From Alcaligenaceae bacterium (GTDB lineage: Bacteria; Pseudomonadota; Gammaproteobacteria; Burkholderiales; Burkholderiaceae_B), in NCBI GenBank assembly GCA_002737415.1, contig NSIQ01000026.1:116120-180119 (forward strand): a stretch of 64,000 bases of DNA, written 5' to 3'. Positions 58,898 to 64,000 of the stretch are shown one piece after another. A program made the translations under genes and the position numbers. The notes below the pieces were generated by a model. The model searched no databases. It saw only the letters and a program-made list of their open reading frames with translations, and was not told the origin of the DNA. Within the stretch, counting starts at the first letter, position 1. Every line of letters starts with the position of its first letter.

Positions 58898-60259
58898 ATG
58901 CAAAGCCTTGATCTACAACTTGCACGCCATGCCTCGTCGCTAACCTTTGCCGCCTTGACGCCTCACGCGCTTGAGCGCGCAAAGGTCTTTTTGCTTGACA
59001 CCCTTGGCGTAGGCATCGCCGGTGGCAGTACGCCTGAAATCCAGCCCCTGCTCAAGGCGGTACGCGGCTGGGGCGAGGGTGCAGAGGTTGCTGTGTGGGG
59101 CACCGACCTCAAACTGCCGCGAGGGCAGGCCGTGTTGGTCAATGCCTACCAAATCCACTGCCAAGAGTATGACTGCCTGCATGAGGGCGCAGTACTGCAT
59201 GCGATGGCAACGCTATTGCCCGTGCTGTTGGCTGAGGCGCAGGTGCGCGGCGGGGTGACTGGAAAAGCGCTTCTCACCGCCTTAGCCGCAGGCGTTGATA
59301 TTGCGTGCACCATAGGCCTGGCCTCAAAGTTAGGGTTGCGGTTTTTTCGCCCAGCGACCTCGGGCGGCTTTGGCGCGGTGGCCGGCTTGGCCAACCTGCG
59401 CGGTTTTGATGCCGACACCACCTTAGCGGCCTTTGGTCATCAACTTGCGCAGGTCAGTGGCACCATGCAGGCACACACTGAGGGTAGTGTGGTGCTGCCC
59501 TTGCAGATTGGTTTGAATGCGCGCGCAGCACTGCAGTCGTGCGACTTGGCTCAGGAAGGGTTTCCGAGCTTACAGTCGCCCTTGACGGGAAAATTTGGCT
59601 ATCTCACGATGTTTGAAACAGACTGGGATCTTGAACGCGCAATGGTTGGCTTGGGCCAACAATTAAAAATCGCTGAACTCAGCCATAAGCCCTATCCGAG
59701 CGGCCGCGCCACGCACGGTGGCATAGAAGGCGTGACGGTGTTGCGTGAGCAGGCCAAGTTTTCCATTCAAGACGTTGCTGAAATCCTTGTGCTTGGGCCG
59801 CCATTGATCAATCATTTGGTCAACCGGCCACCATTGCAGAACCCGACACCAAACTATGCTCGTCTTTGTATGCCCTTTGTGTTGGCCAAAGTGTTGCAGC
59901 ACGGCGTCTTAGATGCCATGCACTTCAGAGGTGACGCCTTGAGCGACGCACAAACCTATGCGCTCGCCTGCAAAGTCGTCATGCAGGTCGACGACAATCC
60001 CAATCCAAATGCCCTCGGCCCGCAAGTGGTGCGTGTGCGTTTAATCGATGGCACAGTGCTTGAGCATCATATCGATGCCATGCTGGCCAGCCCCTCGCGA
60101 CCGCTCAGTGAGCAGGAGCGAGTCATAAAATTTGATCGTTGCTGGCAACTGGCCGCCCAGCCGATGCGCGGGTCGCAGCCATTAAGAGACGTTGTTGCCG
60201 CTTTAGAAAACTGCTTGGATATAGGCGACTTAGCGCAGCATTTGGCGGCGAGGTCGTGA
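58898..60259 (+). CDS. MmgE/PrpD family protein
   Basis: LLDTLGVGIAG, HCQEYDCLH and HKPYPSGRATH motifs. Confidence 0.85.
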   Translation: MQSLDLQLARHASSLTFAALTPHALERAKVFLLDTLGVGIAGGSTPEIQPLLKAVRGWGEGAEVAVWGTDLKLPRGQAVLVNAYQIHCQEYDCLHEGAVLHAMATLLPVLLAEAQVRGGVTGKALLTALAAGVDIACTIGLASKLGLRFFRPATSGGFGAVAGLANLRGFDADTTLAAFGHQLAQVSGTMQAHTEGSVVLPLQIGLNARAALQSCDLAQEGFPSLQSPLTGKFGYLTMFETDWDLERAMVGLGQQLKIAELSHKPYPSGRATHGGIEGVTVLREQAKFSIQDVAEILVLGPPLINHLVNRPPLQNPTPNYARLCMPFVLAKVLQHGVLDAMHFRGDALSDAQTYALACKVVMQVDDNPNPNALGPQVVRVRLIDGTVLEHHIDAMLASPSRPLSEQERVIKFDRCWQLAAQPMRGSQPLRDVVAALENCLDIGDLAQHLAARS

Positions 60260-61035
60260 TCACACCCGTCCTGATGGCTAAGCTGTTGATCGTGCCATCG
60301 ATGCTTTTGTTGTTGACGCTTGTGGGCCGGTACTATGGGCCTGCCTTGGCGGGGCTGCTGTCTGCTTTGCCCGTGTTCGCGGGTCCGGTGCTCTTTATCC
60401 TCGCCCTCGAGCAAGGCAATGCTTTTGCCGCAGAAGCGGCGCACGGGACCTTGTTGGCGATTGTGGCAATCTTGGTATTTAGTCTGACCTACGCTTGGCT
60501 GGCGTTGAACGCGGGTGTGGTGCTCAGTCTGTTGTCCTCCTACGCGACGTACAGCCTGACGGCGTATCTCTTGCAGTTTGTGCGCCTGCCAATCGAACTG
60601 TGTTTTGCTGCGGTCATCGGTTTGTTGCTGTGCGCTCAATGGGGGTTTCCAAAAGTCGCGACGCAACAGGCGTTTTCGGCGCCCACTGGGCCGTTTGATC
60701 TATTGCTGCGTATGGTTCTTGGCGCCTCGCTCGTGTTAGGGGTGACCTACTTTGCCCCAATATTTGGCTCGCGGATGAGCGGCATTATTGCGATGTTTCC
60801 CTTAATGACGACAGTGTTGGTTGGCTTCTCGCACCACCATTCTGGTGGGGTGTTTGCTATCGCGCTGCTCCGTGGGATGGTGTACGGCTATTTTTCGTTT
60901 GCGATTTTTTGTTTTCTTTTATCTCTGTCTTTGCCTAACTTCAGCTTAGTTGTCAGCTTTTTGATCGCAGTGCCTGGGGTTTTGGCTGGTCAGTTGATCG
61001 CCCGTTACTTTCTGATGCGCCGCAAAACGGCTTGA
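60256..61035 (+). CDS. Hypothetical integral membrane protein
   Basis: The GTG start overlaps the upstream stop; about 8 hydrophobic segments; two related halves (RYYGPALAGLLSALP and PIFGSRMSGIIAMFP). Confidence 0.75.
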   Translation: MITPVLMAKLLIVPSMLLLLTLVGRYYGPALAGLLSALPVFAGPVLFILALEQGNAFAAEAAHGTLLAIVAILVFSLTYAWLALNAGVVLSLLSSYATYSLTAYLLQFVRLPIELCFAAVIGLLLCAQWGFPKVATQQAFSAPTGPFDLLLRMVLGASLVLGVTYFAPIFGSRMSGIIAMFPLMTTVLVGFSHHHSGGVFAIALLRGMVYGYFSFAIFCFLLSLSLPNFSLVVSFLIAVPGVLAGQLIARYFLMRRKTA

Positions 61036-61050
61036 AACAAACCGTTAGCC

Positions 61051-61078
61051 CTTGAAATTCAAGATTTACCCCCCAATT
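61051..61078 (+). promoter_or_regulatory. Sigma32 (heat-shock) promoter of htpG
   Basis: CTTGAAA-N13-CCCCAATT. Confidence 0.75.
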
Positions 61079-61148
61079 AACACTCACTATTCTTGGCTAA
61101 AGTCATAGCGGCCTGGGATCGCCCTGTGGATAACTTTTCGGTGAGCAT

Positions 61149-63056
61149 ATGAATCAAGCAACTCCAGCGGCAGACGCCGCTCAAACAATGGGTTTTCAGG
61201 CTGAGGTCAAACAGCTGATGCACCTGATGATCCATTCGCTTTACAGCAATAAAGAGATTTTTTTGCGTGAATTGGTCTCTAACGCCTCAGACGCTTGCGA
61301 CAAGCTGCGTTTTGAAGCGATTGATCAGCCTGCGCTGCTTGAGGGCGTTGGTGTCTTGAATGTGCGTGTTGATTTTAACAAGGCTGCACGCACGATTACG
61401 ATTACGGACAATGGCGTTGGCATGTCACGCGACGAAGCTGTCGCTAACTTAGGCACCATCGCACGCTCGGGCACGCGCGAGTTTTTCTCTAAGCTGACCG
61501 GCGACAACAAAAAAGATGCGCAGTTAATTGGTCAGTTTGGCGTTGGGTTTTATTCATCTTTTATTGTTGCAGACAGGGTAACGGTGCGCACGCGCCGTGC
61601 GGGAGCCCCCGCCGAGCAAGGTGTGGTGTGGGAATCTGACGGCCAGGGCGAGTTCACGATCGCGGCACTTGAGCGTACCGAACGCGGCACCGAAGTCACG
61701 CTGCATTTGCGCGCCGATGAAGACGAGTTTTTGAATGGCTACAAATTGCGCGAAGTGTTGCGCCGCTATTCAGACCACATTTCTTTGCCTGTTGAAATGC
61801 TCAAAGAAGAGTGGGATAAGGACAAGTCTGAGCAAGTCAAGACAGCCGAATGGGAAGCGGTCAATCAAGCTAACGCGTTATGGACACGCAGCAAAGCGGA
61901 TGTCACCGACGAGCAGTACCGCGAGTTTTACAAGCATGTGTCGCATGATTTTGACGATCCGCTTGCCTGGACGCACAACCGCGTTGAAGGTCGCAGCGAA
62001 TACACGCAACTGTTGTTTATTCCGAAGCATGCGCCCTTTGATATGTGGGATCGGGATGCACGTCGTGGCGTGAAGCTTTACGTCAAGCGTGTGTTTATTA
62101 TGGACGATGCCGAGCAGATGCTGCCTTCGTACTTGCGCTTCGTGCGTGGGGTGATTGACTCGGCCGATTTGCCACTAAACGTCTCGCGTGAGTTGCTGCA
62201 AGAAAGCCGCGATGTGAAAGCGATTCGTGAAGGCTCGACCAAGCGTATTCTTAGCATGCTTGAGGATTTAGCTGAAAACAATAAAGACGATTACGCAACC
62301 TTCTGGACCGAGTTTGGTCAGGTTCTGAAAGAAGGTACGGGTGAAGACTCGGGCAATATTGAACGTATCTCTAAGCTGCTGCGTTTTGCGTCAACCAAGC
62401 AGGGTACAGACGCGCAAACCGTCACCTTGGCCGATTACGTTGCTGAGATGAAAGACGGCCAAGACAAAATTTATTATGTCACGGCCGACGGTTATACCGC
62501 CGGTAGCAACAGCCCGCATATTGAGATTTTCCGTAAGAAAGGTATCGACGTGTTAGTGATGTGGGATCGTGTCGATGAGTGGATGCTGTCGCACCTGCGT
62601 GAGTTTGATGGCAAGCAGTTGGTATCGGTTGCCAAAGGTGGGCTTGATCTTGAGGCATTGGCTGATGATGAAGAAAAGAAACATCAAACCGAAGTGGCCG
62701 AGCAGTTCAAGCCCTTGGTTGAGCGTTTGCAAGAGGCGCTAAAAGATCGCGTTAAAGAAGTGCGCGTCACCTTGCGGTTGGTTGATTCGCCTTCTTGCGT
62801 CGTCGTGGGGCAAAATGATTTAAGCCCGCACCTGCAGCGCATGCTGAAAGCGGCGGGTCAGGCTGCCCCTGACGTGTTGCCTGTGCTTGAGATCAATCCC
62901 GAGCATGCTTTGGTGGCACGTATACAAACCGCTTCAGACGAGACGTTTAGCGACTGGGCAACCTTGTTGTTTGAACAGGCGCTGTTGGCTGACGGCTCGC
63001 AATTGCCAGATCCAACTGCCTTTGTGAAGCGTGTGAATCAGTTGTTGTTGGCTTAG
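61149..63056 (+). CDS. htpG: Molecular chaperone HtpG (Hsp90)
   Basis: [28 protein letters not shown] and LPLNVSRE motifs. Confidence 0.98.
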   Translation: MNQATPAADAAQTMGFQAEVKQLMHLMIHSLYSNKEIFLRELVSNASDACDKLRFEAIDQPALLEGVGVLNVRVDFNKAARTITITDNGVGMSRDEAVANLGTIARSGTREFFSKLTGDNKKDAQLIGQFGVGFYSSFIVADRVTVRTRRAGAPAEQGVVWESDGQGEFTIAALERTERGTEVTLHLRADEDEFLNGYKLREVLRRYSDHISLPVEMLKEEWDKDKSEQVKTAEWEAVNQANALWTRSKADVTDEQYREFYKHVSHDFDDPLAWTHNRVEGRSEYTQLLFIPKHAPFDMWDRDARRGVKLYVKRVFIMDDAEQMLPSYLRFVRGVIDSADLPLNVSRELLQESRDVKAIREGSTKRILSMLEDLAENNKDDYATFWTEFGQVLKEGTGEDSGNIERISKLLRFASTKQGTDAQTVTLADYVAEMKDGQDKIYYVTADGYTAGSNSPHIEIFRKKGIDVLVMWDRVDEWMLSHLREFDGKQLVSVAKGGLDLEALADDEEKKHQTEVAEQFKPLVERLQEALKDRVKEVRVTLRLVDSPSCVVVGQNDLSPHLQRMLKAAGQAAPDVLPVLEINPEHALVARIQTASDETFSDWATLLFEQALLADGSQLPDPTAFVKRVNQLLLA

Positions 63057-63074
63057 AGATCTTGCAGGGGCTTG

Positions 63075-63644
63075 TCAGTTGCCGTGAGGCGTTGGCCATT
63101 GTGCCAACACTTTAAAACGTGACCAGTCAAAGCACGGCCCGGGGTCTGTTTTGCGCCCCGGGGCGATCTCAGAATGCCCAGCGACAGCGGCAAGTGGGTA
63201 GTGCGCGCGTAAGCACTGGGTCAGTGCTGCAAGCCGCTCGTACTGACGGTCTTCAAAGGGTAGCGCGTCGGTGCCCTCAAGCTCAATGCCGATCGAAAAA
63301 TCATTGCATTGTTCACGCCCTTCAAAAGACGACGCCCCGGCGTGCCAGGCGCGGTCGTCGCACGACACGAACTGGGTGATGTGTCCAAGTCGGTCGATTA
63401 CAAAATGCGCCGAAACTTTTAAGCCTTGCACATTCACAAACCAGGGATCTGCAGAAATATCGAGTTGATTTAAAAACAAATCGGCGATGTAAGGCGTACC
63501 AAAGCGTCCTGGCGGTAAGGTGATGTTGTGTAACACCAATAATGACACGGTAGTGCCGGTCGGGCGGTCGTTAAAGTTGGGCGAGGGGCGCAGCGACACG
63601 CCCAGCTCAGTCGCTAGCCAACCATGCGGTTCAAGAGTCAACAT
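63075..63644 (-). CDS. ampD: 1,6-anhydro-N-acetylmuramyl-L-alanine amidase
   Basis: SPNFNDRP, VSAHF, AWHAG, SIGIELEG and HSEIAPGRKTDPG motifs. Confidence 0.95.
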   Translation of the reverse strand: MLTLEPHGWLATELGVSLRPSPNFNDRPTGTTVSLLVLHNITLPPGRFGTPYIADLFLNQLDISADPWFVNVQGLKVSAHFVIDRLGHITQFVSCDDRAWHAGASSFEGREQCNDFSIGIELEGTDALPFEDRQYERLAALTQCLRAHYPLAAVAGHSEIAPGRKTDPGPCFDWSRFKVLAQWPTPHGN

Positions 63645-63711
63645 AGTCGATCCTTTTTTGCAATAAGCTTAACGAGTGTTGTGCCGCCAGGGCGGCGCGC
63701 TTTGAGTTTGT

Positions 63712-63972
63712 TTAATCTTGTGGGCGCGCGCCAAGCTTCGCATGGGCTGGCGTGCACCAAGTATTTTGATCAATCAGTGAGGCCTCAGAGCGAGGCAGAT
63801 GCACGCCACAGTGGGCGCAGCGTACCATCGCTTCAGAGTCGGCGACGGGGGCCTTTGTTTGAGCGGGCGCCTGAGGGGGTGGTTGCCTTTTTTTGGCGGC
63901 GTGAACGGCCAACAAGCGCGTGATGAAGATCACAACAAAAAATACGCCTGTCCAGAAAAGCGCTTTACCCAT
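63712..63972 (-). CDS. PP0621 family small membrane protein
   Basis: N-terminal TM helix, EAMVRCAHCGVHLP..E, C...H; upstream of ampD. Confidence 0.85.
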   Translation of the reverse strand: MGKALFWTGVFFVVIFITRLLAVHAAKKRQPPPQAPAQTKAPVADSEAMVRCAHCGVHLPRSEASLIDQNTWCTPAHAKLGARPQD

Positions 63973-64000
63973 TAGTTTCTCTGCAAAATAACTTCAACGA
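63972..64000 (-). CDS. 3' end of an upstream gene, possibly a CcsA/YpjD-like membrane protein
   Basis: VEVILQRN* with a TAATG overlap onto the PP0621 start; the identity is inferred from typical gene order only. Confidence 0.35.

Noticed and set aside
61125-61133. Perfect DnaA box (TTATCCACA, minus strand) in the htpG leader
   Set aside because: It is a single 9-mer with no box cluster or oriC-associated genes, so there is no support for an origin.

Overview
Betaproteobacterial chromosome segment, probably Alcaligenaceae. That placement is inferred from 13 Bug/TctC binding proteins, the htpG/ampD/PP0621 neighbourhood and the two-domain QueF. The window is dominated by accessory organic-acid catabolism and transport: four family III CoA-transferases, hotdog dehydratases, a pair of acyl-CoA dehydrogenases, two complete TctABC transporters plus 11 orphan TctC/Bug genes, an HMG-CoA-lyase-family gene, two MmgE/PrpD genes, a MetE-like zinc enzyme and a thiolase-fold/DUF35 pair. 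Core genes are interspersed: fadH, glnK-amtB (with clear sigma54 and NtrC sites), ubiX, queF, tRNA-Leu(CAA), htpG and ampD. I saw no CRISPR array, rRNA, integrase or transposase. The best candidates for undescribed biology are: (1) an approximately 13 kb catabolic cluster built from apparent catalytic/non-catalytic subunit pairs, with an atypical acyl-CoA dehydrogenase active site and an embedded YHS/TRASH-like micro-protein; (2) an IclR-linked cluster coupling a MetE-like Zn enzyme to CoA chemistry; (3) a decayed islet next to tRNA-Leu that contains a 250-nt run of back-to-back hairpins; (4) an orphan 90-aa gene with an AT-rich, palindromic leader next to amtB. All family calls come from recognising motifs by eye; no searches were run.
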